From contig OY760937.1 in the NCBI GenBank assembly GCA_963664225.1, positions 4,736,001 to 4,800,000 of the forward strand: a DNA stretch of 64,000 nt, in the 5' to 3' direction. The DNA comes from Verrucomicrobiia bacterium (lineage in GTDB: Bacteria; Verrucomicrobiota; Verrucomicrobiia; Limisphaerales; UBA1319). Below, in pieces: positions 19,508 through 28,571 of this stretch. The translations under genes and the position numbers were made by a program. Position 1 is the first letter of the stretch. Each line of letters opens with the position of its first letter. The notes beneath the pieces are model-generated. The model saw only the letters and a list, made by a program, of their open reading frames with translations. It was not told where the DNA came from and did not search any database.

Positions 19508-20388
19508 AAATGAATGGAACGGAAGAGAGTTTTGAAGTGCGACACGAACAGGGGTTTGCTGTTTATGTGCTGAGAAATCGGAGGGTCGAAGTGGCTGTCG
19601 TTCCGGAACTCGGTGGGAAGATCATCTCCATGAAGGACCTTCAAACCGGTCGTGAATGGATGTGGCATCCGGCGGACGGGAAGAAGCTTTTTCGGAATCA
19701 ATACGGCGATGACTTCTCGAAAAGTCCGCTGGTGGGCGTGGATGAATGTCTGCCAACAATCGCGCCCTGTTCATGGCAGGGGCGCGACCTGCCCGATCAT
19801 GGCGAGGTTTGGAGCACCTCTTGGGACGTGGATGCCGACCTGTGGAAAGGGGGAGTTTTAAAAAATCGCGTTATATTGCGCGTCTCGCCTTTAGAATTTC
19901 AAAGAGTCATTGAGTTGCGGGGAAATGAGATTCTTCTCAGCTATCAATTGGACAACAAAAGCCAGGTAGAGGAGCAATACTTGTGGGCCATTCATCCGTT
20001 GCTGCAATTACGGGCGGGTGATCGGCTCGAATTGCCGGAGTCCACACGAATCCTGATGCATGGAGCGGCGTGGATCGATGCGGTGGATTCAGCCGTTCCC
20101 GAGGGCCGCTGCGCAAAGGCATTCGCGCGACCCTTGAGCGAGGGATTGGCGGCGATTGCGAATCATGAGACGGGGGATTGCATCGAGTTTGCATGGGACC
20201 CGGCTCAAAATAACACGCTTGGTTTGTGGCTCACCCGCGGAGGCTGGCATGGGCATCATCATTTTGCCCTGGAACCCACAAATGGGGACGATGATGCGCT
20301 CACGGTGGCGACTGGCCGGAAAATGTGCGGAATTGTTCCGGCGTCCGGTTCCGCAACCTGGCAGGTTCGTATTCGCATTGGGCCATGA
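19504..20388 (+). CDS. Galactose-mutarotase / aldose-1-epimerase-like protein
   Basis: VVPELGGKIISM, DECLPT, LPDHGEVWS, YLWAIHP, ALEP. Confidence 0.8.
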   Translation: MKMNGTEESFEVRHEQGFAVYVLRNRRVEVAVVPELGGKIISMKDLQTGREWMWHPADGKKLFRNQYGDDFSKSPLVGVDECLPTIAPCSWQGRDLPDHGEVWSTSWDVDADLWKGGVLKNRVILRVSPLEFQRVIELRGNEILLSYQLDNKSQVEEQYLWAIHPLLQLRAGDRLELPESTRILMHGAAWIDAVDSAVPEGRCAKAFARPLSEGLAAIANHETGDCIEFAWDPAQNNTLGLWLTRGGWHGHHHFALEPTNGDDDALTVATGRKMCGIVPASGSATWQVRIRIGP

Positions 20389-20487
20389 TTGGATTCGAAA
20401 CGGAATAATGCCACGACGGATGTTCCAATCCATTGACTCAAAAAATCTGATGGATAAGTGGATATTCAGCCTGCTAAATTAACACGC

Positions 20488-23058
20488 ATGATGCTCAAAC
20501 TAGTAACGCAAATTGGACTTGTCGTGTCGATTTGCGCGGTTCCGTCCGTGTTCGCCGAAACCGTCCGGCTCTCATCGCTCGACCTTGGGCAGATGACGAT
20601 CGGCTGGAGTGTGCCGAAGGCCGATCGCGGGGTCATGGGACAGCCCATTGCCATTGGAGGAACGAAGTTCACGCATGGCGTCGGGACCCATGCGGCGAGC
20701 TATTTCCGAGTCAATCTCAATGGTGGTGCTGAACGATTCCGGGCGCAGGTGGGGCTTGATGAAAGTGCGGGCAAGCAGGGGAGTGTGGAGTTCATCGTCA
20801 CGGGCGATGGTCGGGAGCTTTGGAGAAGCGGTGTGCGGACGGGAGGTCAGCCAGCGGCGGCCGTGGATGTGAGTGTGGTCGGCGTGCAGGTCCTGGGATT
20901 GCGCGTCACGGATTGCGGAGACGGCACGGATCACGATCACGCGGACTGGGCGGAGGCTGAGATTATTATGAAAGACGGCGCGGCAAAACCAGTGGCGTTG
21001 CCTTCCTCTCAAACGTTTGGTTTGAAAACAGCTCATTTCAGCGTCGATTTCCAGGTTAATGAGGATGGGCGGTTATACCAGCGCGCCATTGGCATGGTGG
21101 GCATGCAGGTTCAACGCAACGATGAGGCTTATCCACAGGCGGGCGACGGTTACATTTGGGAGCCTGCGCTACAGGTGGTGCATGTGGATGGCAACACTTC
21201 CACCGCGCTTCTCTTTCAGAATTTGACGCGGACAAACGAACCCGCGGGCCATGAAGTAACCCGCATCAATCTGCGCGATCCTGCTTACCCGCTGGAGGTC
21301 GCACTTTGTTTCCGAACGTATCGCGACGTCGATGTCGTTGAGCAATGGACGGAAATTCGTCATCACGAGGCCGGGGAAATTGTGTTGGAGCGCATGGCGT
21401 CGGCGTCATTACTGCTGTCGCCAACGAATCTTAACCTACACCACTTCCATGGCGATTGGGCGTCGGAAATGAAGCCCGTCACCGAGTTGCTCACACCCGG
21501 AACGAAGATTTTGGATTCCAAAATCGGTGTGCGCGCTCATCAGTTTGGCAATCCATCTTTCGTCCTGTCGATGGACGGGCCTCCCATGGAAACCAAAGGT
21601 CGGGTCCTGGCGGGTTCACTCGCATGGTCCGGCAGTTTTCAAATGGCCTTTGACAACTTTGGCGGACGCGTTCGCGCCTTGTGTGGCATGAATCCATTTG
21701 CCTCCGCTTATCATTTGAAAGCGGATGCGACATTTACCACGCCCACCATGATCTGGGTGTGGAGCGATAATGGGTTGGGTGAAATGAGTCGCAAACTGCA
21801 CGCCTGGGCTCGGGACAACGGCATGCGCGATGGTCATAAGATACGCGAGGTGCTGTTGAATAACTGGGAGGCCACGGGCTTCGATTTTGATTTTGATCGC
21901 ATCGCAGGGCTGTTCGGTCCGGCAAAGGAGATCGGCACAGAGTTGTTCCTGCTGGATGACGGCTGGTTTGCGAACAAATATCCGCGGGTCAGCGACAACG
22001 CGGGCCTGGGCGATTGGCAGCCGAACCGTAAACGGCTGCCCGGTGGACTTGCGCCTTTGGCGGAGGAGGCGGTGAAGAAGGGTGTTCGATTTGGAATCTG
22101 GATTGAGCCGGAAATGGTCAATCCAAAGAGTGAATTATTTGAACAGCATCCCGATTGGGTGATCGCGCAGCCCAAGCGTGCACTGGAGTTACAGCGCAAT
22201 CAGCTTGTTCTCGATCTTACGCGTCCGGAGGTGCAGGACTTCGAATGGAAGGTCATTGACGGTATTTTGAGCGTGCCTGGGATCAGCTACGCCAAGTGGG
22301 ATTGCAATCGTTATCTGACGCAGCCTGGCTCTTCCTGGCTGGCGCATGATCGGCAATCGCACCTGTGGATCGAATATGTCCATGCGCTCTATGGCTTGAT
22401 GGAAAAGACGGCCAAGGCCTACCCCAAAACGGAATTGATGCTCTGCTCCGGCGGCGGCGGCCGTGTCGATTATGGATCCTTGCGTTACTTTCATGAATTC
22501 TGGCCGAGTGACAACACGGATCCGTTGGAACGCGTGGCAATGCAATGGGACTATTCCTATTTCTTCCCGCCGATGGCCATCGCCAGCCATGTGACGCACT
22601 GGGGAAATCGTCCCATGCATTTCGCATGTTCCGTGGCCATGAGCGCGCGATTTGGCATGGACCTCGACCTGACCAAACTATCGGCGGAGGACAAGGCCAT
22701 CTGTGCGGGGGCCATATCCGCTTACAAAAAAATCCGCGACGTGACGCTGCTTGGGGATTTGTATCGACTGGAAGATCCGCGCCAGGGAATTCGCGGGGCT
22801 TTGAATTTTGTTGCGCCGGACCGTGCGCGTGTCGTGGCGTTTGTGTTTCAGTTGAAGGATGGCCAGAATGCAGCCGTGCATCCTCAAGGGCTTGATCCCG
22901 CAAAGCGTTATACGATTCGTCAGATGAATCCCGCGCCTGGTCGCGCGGCGATGACGCAGGAAGGTCAGACATTTACGGGCGAAGAAATCATGCGCGACGG
23001 CATCATGCCTGCATGCACAAAAGGACACGAAGCATGCGTTATCGAACTCGGCTCGTAA
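20488..23058 (+). CDS. Secreted GH36 alpha-galactosidase with N-terminal NPCBM/NEW2 domain
   Basis: NPCBM motifs (HGVGTHA, GSVEFIV.GDG..LW.SG, DHADWA). GH36 motifs LLNNWEAT, LDDGWF, FGIWIEPEMV, YAKWDCN, CSGGGGR, WPSDNTD. Confidence 0.95.
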   Translation: MMLKLVTQIGLVVSICAVPSVFAETVRLSSLDLGQMTIGWSVPKADRGVMGQPIAIGGTKFTHGVGTHAASYFRVNLNGGAERFRAQVGLDESAGKQGSVEFIVTGDGRELWRSGVRTGGQPAAAVDVSVVGVQVLGLRVTDCGDGTDHDHADWAEAEIIMKDGAAKPVALPSSQTFGLKTAHFSVDFQVNEDGRLYQRAIGMVGMQVQRNDEAYPQAGDGYIWEPALQVVHVDGNTSTALLFQNLTRTNEPAGHEVTRINLRDPAYPLEVALCFRTYRDVDVVEQWTEIRHHEAGEIVLERMASASLLLSPTNLNLHHFHGDWASEMKPVTELLTPGTKILDSKIGVRAHQFGNPSFVLSMDGPPMETKGRVLAGSLAWSGSFQMAFDNFGGRVRALCGMNPFASAYHLKADATFTTPTMIWVWSDNGLGEMSRKLHAWARDNGMRDGHKIREVLLNNWEATGFDFDFDRIAGLFGPAKEIGTELFLLDDGWFANKYPRVSDNAGLGDWQPNRKRLPGGLAPLAEEAVKKGVRFGIWIEPEMVNPKSELFEQHPDWVIAQPKRALELQRNQLVLDLTRPEVQDFEWKVIDGILSVPGISYAKWDCNRYLTQPGSSWLAHDRQSHLWIEYVHALYGLMEKTAKAYPKTELMLCSGGGGRVDYGSLRYFHEFWPSDNTDPLERVAMQWDYSYFFPPMAIASHVTHWGNRPMHFACSVAMSARFGMDLDLTKLSAEDKAICAGAISAYKKIRDVTLLGDLYRLEDPRQGIRGALNFVAPDRARVVAFVFQLKDGQNAAVHPQGLDPAKRYTIRQMNPAPGRAAMTQEGQTFTGEEIMRDGIMPACTKGHEACVIELGS

Positions 23059-23112
23059 TTCCGAACCATCACGCAAGGGAATGACTGACGCTGCATCCAT
23101 AAAGATTGCAGC

Positions 23113-25086
23113 ATGCGTCATGCGGTTTTTAAACCAATAAGGTTCACCATGCTTTTGAAACTGAAGAAACTCCGGACGGTCCTTTTCAGCCTTGCTCTGT
23201 TGATTGCCTATCCGGCCAGCTCCGCAATGGCTGACATCGCTGATGGAAATTCGTGGTTGCTGAAGTCTCCAAAAAGTCAGTGTGAGATTTCCGTTTCGCT
23301 CGAAGAGGGGCGTTTGAGCTTTCAGGTTTTGCGCGCAGGTAAAGTCGTTCTTCAGAAATCACCGCTGGGAATTCGGCGCGATGATCAGAGTTTTGAAAGC
23401 GCGTTAACGTTCGATTTGGCTGGGAAGATATACAGTCGGCGCGAAAAATACGAACTGTTTGCCGGTGTTCAGCCGCGTGTGAATCATGAGTTGAACCATC
23501 GCCGACTGGTTTTTCGCAACGCCAATAAGGTTCCCATTGAAATCGAATTGGCTGCCAGCGACGAAGGGGTTGCCTTCCGCTATCGTTTCCCTGAAACCAA
23601 CGATGCCGTTCATGTTGTCCAATCCGAGTTGACCGGTTTTTCCGTGCCATCAAATGCCAAAGGTTGGCTGCAGCCTTACCACAAGGCGGGGCCGTACACG
23701 CCCGCTTACGAGGATTTCTATTTTCACGTCTCGCCCGGTGATCTACCGCCGGAATCGCGGGCCAAACCGATGGGCTGGGCGTTTCCAGCGCTTTTTCATG
23801 TTGCTGACGCGGACACCTGGGTGCTGCTGACCGAATCGGGCACGGATGGATCTTATTGTGGTTGTCATCTCAGTCCTGATTCAATCGGTGGAACATATCG
23901 CATCGCCTTTCCTCTGGCCGATGAAGCCACGAAAGGCGTTACCAACAAAGTCGGGCCCGAGCCCCGGTTCACATTGCCATGGACGATGCCATGGCGCGTG
24001 ATCGTGCTCGGCAAGTCAGCGGGTGAAATCGCCTTGGAGACATTGGTGACCGATCTAGCCCCGGCATCGAAGATTACTGACACCTCCTGGATCAAGCCCG
24101 GTCGCGCGTCATGGGCCTGGTGGTCGTATCCGGACGAACGGGCCAACGAAAAGCGATTCAATGAATTCACCGATTTTGCCGCCAAAATGGGCTGGGAATA
24201 CACCTTGTTCGACGCAGGGTGGGGGAGGCCTGGAATAAAACCCATCGCCAGTCACGCCCAGGCCGCTGGTGTTACGTCGCTGGCTTGGATGTTTGCCGGG
24301 GATTTCTATGACGCGGGCAAGCGAGGGACGAAACTCGATGAAGTGGCCGCTGCCGGTGTTCGAGGCGTGAAGGTGGATTTCTGGTGTTCGGACCGTCAGG
24401 AGGCGATTGCAGCGCAACTGTCATTGATGGAAGATGCCGCCGAGCGTAAAATGACGGTGAATCTACATGGCTGCACCATTCCTCGCGGCTGGCAACGGAC
24501 GTTCCCGAATTTCATGACCTGCGAAGGAGTTCTGGGATCCGAATCTTATTTTTATGAATCGCGTTATCCCGAAAAAGCGGCCGAATTGGACACTGTTTTA
24601 GTTTTCACGCGGAACGCAATCGGGCCGATGGATTACACCCCAGTGGCCTGTTCGCCCAAGAAATACACGCGCCTGACCACCGCCACCCATCAACTGGCGT
24701 CCGCCCTCATTTTCACATCCGGCATTGTCCACTACGCAGACAAACCGGAATTCTTCGAGTCGCTGCCCGCAGCGGCGTTGCAGGTTTTTCGTGATGCCCC
24801 GGCGCGCTGGGACGAAACCCGCTGCCTTGCAGGCGATCCCGGTCGCGAGGTGATTTTCGCGCGGCGCTCGGGCAAAAGCTGGTTCATCGCGGGCATTAAT
24901 GGAACCACCAATCTTCTGCCGGTAAACGTGGATTTGTCCGGCTTCAAAAAATACCGTCATCGAATCGCCATTTCCGAAGGGGCTGACGCAACCATGCAAG
25001 TCACTGTTGCGCCTTTGAGCACCTCGGCCCAGTGGCAGCATGAGATGCCATCGCGCGGTGGATTCATCCTTCGACTGGACGAGTGA
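23113..25086 (+). CDS. Secreted GH97 glycoside hydrolase, predicted retaining subgroup
   Basis: DEGVAFRY, PWRVI, SWIKPGRASWAWW, DAGW, GVKVDF, NLHGC..P.GWQRTFPN..T.EGV, GPMDYTP. Confidence 0.93.
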   Translation: MRHAVFKPIRFTMLLKLKKLRTVLFSLALLIAYPASSAMADIADGNSWLLKSPKSQCEISVSLEEGRLSFQVLRAGKVVLQKSPLGIRRDDQSFESALTFDLAGKIYSRREKYELFAGVQPRVNHELNHRRLVFRNANKVPIEIELAASDEGVAFRYRFPETNDAVHVVQSELTGFSVPSNAKGWLQPYHKAGPYTPAYEDFYFHVSPGDLPPESRAKPMGWAFPALFHVADADTWVLLTESGTDGSYCGCHLSPDSIGGTYRIAFPLADEATKGVTNKVGPEPRFTLPWTMPWRVIVLGKSAGEIALETLVTDLAPASKITDTSWIKPGRASWAWWSYPDERANEKRFNEFTDFAAKMGWEYTLFDAGWGRPGIKPIASHAQAAGVTSLAWMFAGDFYDAGKRGTKLDEVAAAGVRGVKVDFWCSDRQEAIAAQLSLMEDAAERKMTVNLHGCTIPRGWQRTFPNFMTCEGVLGSESYFYESRYPEKAAELDTVLVFTRNAIGPMDYTPVACSPKKYTRLTTATHQLASALIFTSGIVHYADKPEFFESLPAAALQVFRDAPARWDETRCLAGDPGREVIFARRSGKSWFIAGINGTTNLLPVNVDLSGFKKYRHRIAISEGADATMQVTVAPLSTSAQWQHEMPSRGGFILRLDE

Positions 25087-25161
25087 GGCGTAGCCAATGC
25101 CAGGCTTTCGAAGTTAAGCAAATTCGCGATTCTCGCGCGTCCTATTCGTCAATTGCCCTGA

Positions 25162-26118
25162 CTATTGATAGATCCGTGCGGTTTCAATCAGGATGCTTTC
25201 CAACTGGCGGTAGTAATCGTTTTCATTGATGGTTCCCTTGCGTGAGCGCAATACACTGAGTTGTTTTTCCAATGCATCACGACGAGCGCGCTTTTCTTCA
25301 GACAGTTCCTGTTCGTGCGTGCTGCGGACCAGGTGCATTTGATGGGCGCGGATGCCGTCAACGGATTTGCCGTTCGCGGCGGTCTTGACGGCACGCACAC
25401 CGCGAAACCAATCGGCGGGTGTGCCAAGTCCGTCGCCGTTGTCGTCCAGCAAGGCATGCTCGGTGGCCAGGCGGCCCGCCTCCTTGTAGAACTGCTCGAT
25501 CTGTCGCGACGCAAAGAGGAAGGCCTCCAGCAACGAGGTCTGCCCATCCTTGTCCAGGTCCGCGGCCGGATCGGCAATCACCCTGGAAAAATAGCCGCCG
25601 AACCGAGTCGCGTTGACTTCGTTGCCGCTCCGGGTGGCAGTGATGATTGCCCGGCCGGGCGCGGACAGGGCATTGATGAAGGGCCCGCTTGCGGAAGCGC
25701 AGTTGATCACTGCCATCGGCCGGACACATGGTGTTAATGCCGCAGCCAGATCGGTCGCGGAAATATCCGGGCCTCGCAGATTGAACTTCGCCAGACGTCC
25801 GTCAAATGTGCCGTGACCGATGAACACCAGCCACAACTCGCCGGAAGGTTTTACCACCTCATTCGTCAAGACAGTGAGCAAACGGACGAGATCGTTTTCG
25901 GGTTGGTCCTTGTCTTCGCCGATCACGGTGGTTTGCAGCCCGCCTTTCGTCGCGGCCTGCTTCCAGAGTTGAGCCGATGCGTAGAATTGTTCGCCATATT
26001 CCGGTTCCCCAGCGGCGCCAATGACCAGAACAAGCGTGCGTTGCTCGTTCGTTTGGGCAAATAAAGAATGAGCGAGGAACAGTCCTGAAAGTAAAAGGAA
26101 CGCATGCAGGAACCTCAT
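25162..26118 (-). CDS. Secreted hypothetical protein with caspase/C13 (clan CD)-like motifs; last gene of the MoxR operon
   Basis: Signal peptide, LVFIGHG, AVINCASASG, IITATRSG.E, ADLDKDGQTSLLEAF, TEHALLDDNGDG. ATGA overlap with the upstream gene. Confidence 0.75.
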   Translation of the reverse strand: MRFLHAFLLLSGLFLAHSLFAQTNEQRTLVLVIGAAGEPEYGEQFYASAQLWKQAATKGGLQTTVIGEDKDQPENDLVRLLTVLTNEVVKPSGELWLVFIGHGTFDGRLAKFNLRGPDISATDLAAALTPCVRPMAVINCASASGPFINALSAPGRAIITATRSGNEVNATRFGGYFSRVIADPAADLDKDGQTSLLEAFLFASRQIEQFYKEAGRLATEHALLDDNGDGLGTPADWFRGVRAVKTAANGKSVDGIRAHQMHLVRSTHEQELSEEKRARRDALEKQLSVLRSRKGTINENDYYRQLESILIETARIYQ

Positions 26119-28571
26119 GGTAATCCTTTCCAGCGGCGGATGCCCCACTCTGAAACGAAGCAAGCCAGCACAAAGAGAAAGATTGCCGGCTTATGCCACA
26201 GGGGTTCGCTCCACGCGTCTGTCACGGGTGCGCGGCGATCAGGAAGCTTGCGGACGAATTTCTCCAAATTCTCCATCTGCACCATTTCACCGCCAGTGCG
26301 ACGCGCCAGGGATTCCATCAACGTCCGGTTCGGTTTTAGCGAGCGAAACTCAACCGCAGCCGGGTCAGAGGTCCAGCCGGTGGCCGCCCGGCCTGTAATG
26401 ATACCGTTTGCTGATGTAACCACGGCCTCGACTGAATAGGCTCCCGCTTCGCGCGCCACATAGGAGGCTTCATACGTGCCCGGATTTGTGGCGGACGGTT
26501 CGGCAGTGAACTGGATGTAATTTGTGTCGGCCGCGGTGTTCGCTGTTTTGGAGTTTGGCGATGACATTAACATTACGGGGCGGATGGTTAATCGCACCAT
26601 GGAATTATCCAAAGGCTTGAATACCTTGTCACGCGCCTTGACCGTTAACCGAACCTCGGCGGGGTCACCGCCAATGGAAGGTTCAACGGCAATGGAAACA
26701 TGGTCTGGCACATCCGACACCAGCCAGCGGATCAATTGACGCCAGGACTTGCCCAAATCCTTTTGCATCGCCTCGTCCCGCAATCCCCAGCGCCACATAT
26801 CGCCGATCATCAGGGCGGCGGAACGTCCCAATCCGAAGCGTTGGGCCACAAGCGCCGGATACTTTTTATCCGTGGGATCTGCGACCGTGGCGAGAATGCT
26901 GGCTCCCGGCTTGATGTCGTGAGTGGGATTGAACACCTCAAAAGGCGGTACAGATTCGAGCAGCGCTTTCTCGTCTTCCTCGGTGGCGCGCAGTCGTGTC
27001 CACGGTTGGAGCCAGCCTTCGCGCGTGAGCGTGAGTCTCAACTGAGTGGGTAATTTTGCGTCGGTTTTCCGATCCAGATAAACCGGCAGCATGGAGGCAA
27101 TGGGCGTTCCTGCGTAGTTACCCTCGCGAAACGATTCGGCCCCGCCGAGCATCAGGAAACCGCCGCCGCGTTCCGATACAAATCGCTGCAGCAGCGCCTG
27201 CTGATCGTGAGTAAAGAACTCCGCTTCCAGATCGGCCACAATGACCGCCTGATATTGAAATAATTCCTCGGCCGTCTTCGGAAAGCCTCCGCGTAATTCA
27301 ATTTCATCCTTCGTGTTCAGGCGAATCAGCACGGGCTGATCATAACGGGCCGCCTCTTCGCCCTTGTTGTCAAAACCGCGAAACAGTGGGTTGCTCGTTT
27401 CGCCGGGGCGTCCCTTGAATTCGAATTTCGGTTCCCGGCGCGCGACGCGAATCAGGGATACCATCTTCAATTGGGGATCGTCCTGGATTGCGCGATTGAG
27501 GAATTTGTATTCCCAGTTCGGTCTGCCGCTGACATATAAAATCCGGAAGGGTTCCTGCCCGCGATCCACCACGACCATCTGACGGTTGTTGACGAGCGTG
27601 GCCTCGTGTGTGGGCGCGTTTGAGTTGACCAATTCCTCTTTCGCACGCGTCTCCAATTCGTAAAAATGCAGACCGGGGCCAATCGGCTGAAATTGAAAAC
27701 GAAAATTCAACGAGGCCTCCGCATCGGTCGCGCGCCGGGTCAATTCGACCACCGCGTTTGAAACACTCGTGATGCGCAGGCCCGCCGCATCTGGATGGTT
27801 TGTGACAGCGCTGGTTCTGCCGGTGGCCACTTCCGTCAATCGCGTCACGATCTCCCCGCCCGAAAATCCGTTTGCGGCCACTTCCGCTTGAACGGTTACG
27901 GGCGTGTCTTCAAAGGCGGTCTGGCTCACACCCACTTTGCTCAAGGAGAGATCCCTGAAGCTGCTGTCCCTGCCAACCACAACCGGATAAACAGGCGGGC
28001 AACCTTCCAGTGAAGCTAGGTCCGCGGCAAGGTCTGTTGCATTTCCGTCGGTGAACAACAAAACGCCGGCAACCGGCTGGCCATGCCACTGTTCAACAGC
28101 CGTTTTCAGGGCGCTTCCCAGCGATGAGGCGCAGCCATCAAAATTCAGTTCGCCAAAATCCCGCGCGTTTTGCAGTCGCGAATCGAACGTGTAGCGTCGC
28201 ACCTGGAAGGTCTCCTCCAACGCAGCCTGCCAGCCTTTCGGATCTCCGACGAGCAGACCGCGCAGGGTGTCGCCGCGCGATTTTGAATCGCCCACATCCT
28301 TTATTTGCAGGCTCTGGCTGTTGTCGGCGAGCAACGCAAAAATATTGGCCCCCGGACGCGCCCGCTGACCAACCCACATGGGCTCCAGTAGAATCAAGCC
28401 AAGCATTACGATTCCGGCAAGTTTCAAGAGACCGCAGCCGAATCGAACCCGGCGCTCGGTGGAGCTGCGATGCCCGGACCAAACGAGCGCGGCAGCCAGC
28501 ACGACAATCGCGACGCTGGCCGGCAGCAGCCATGCGCTCCCCGGAAAAATGATCGTCGCAAGTCCGGTCAC
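26115..28571 (-). CDS. Membrane-anchored vWA + glutamine-amidotransferase-like (DUF1355-type) protein
   Basis: Two N-terminal TM segments, MIDAS DNSQS and LFTDG, ILYVSGRPNWEYKF, FVSERGGGFLMLGG, C-terminal TM ending EWGIRRWKGLP. Confidence 0.85.
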   Translation of the reverse strand: MTGLATIIFPGSAWLLPASVAIVVLAAALVWSGHRSSTERRVRFGCGLLKLAGIVMLGLILLEPMWVGQRARPGANIFALLADNSQSLQIKDVGDSKSRGDTLRGLLVGDPKGWQAALEETFQVRRYTFDSRLQNARDFGELNFDGCASSLGSALKTAVEQWHGQPVAGVLLFTDGNATDLAADLASLEGCPPVYPVVVGRDSSFRDLSLSKVGVSQTAFEDTPVTVQAEVAANGFSGGEIVTRLTEVATGRTSAVTNHPDAAGLRITSVSNAVVELTRRATDAEASLNFRFQFQPIGPGLHFYELETRAKEELVNSNAPTHEATLVNNRQMVVVDRGQEPFRILYVSGRPNWEYKFLNRAIQDDPQLKMVSLIRVARREPKFEFKGRPGETSNPLFRGFDNKGEEAARYDQPVLIRLNTKDEIELRGGFPKTAEELFQYQAVIVADLEAEFFTHDQQALLQRFVSERGGGFLMLGGAESFREGNYAGTPIASMLPVYLDRKTDAKLPTQLRLTLTREGWLQPWTRLRATEEDEKALLESVPPFEVFNPTHDIKPGASILATVADPTDKKYPALVAQRFGLGRSAALMIGDMWRWGLRDEAMQKDLGKSWRQLIRWLVSDVPDHVSIAVEPSIGGDPAEVRLTVKARDKVFKPLDNSMVRLTIRPVMLMSSPNSKTANTAADTNYIQFTAEPSATNPGTYEASYVAREAGAYSVEAVVTSANGIITGRAATGWTSDPAAVEFRSLKPNRTLMESLARRTGGEMVQMENLEKFVRKLPDRRAPVTDAWSEPLWHKPAIFLFVLACFVSEWGIRRWKGLP

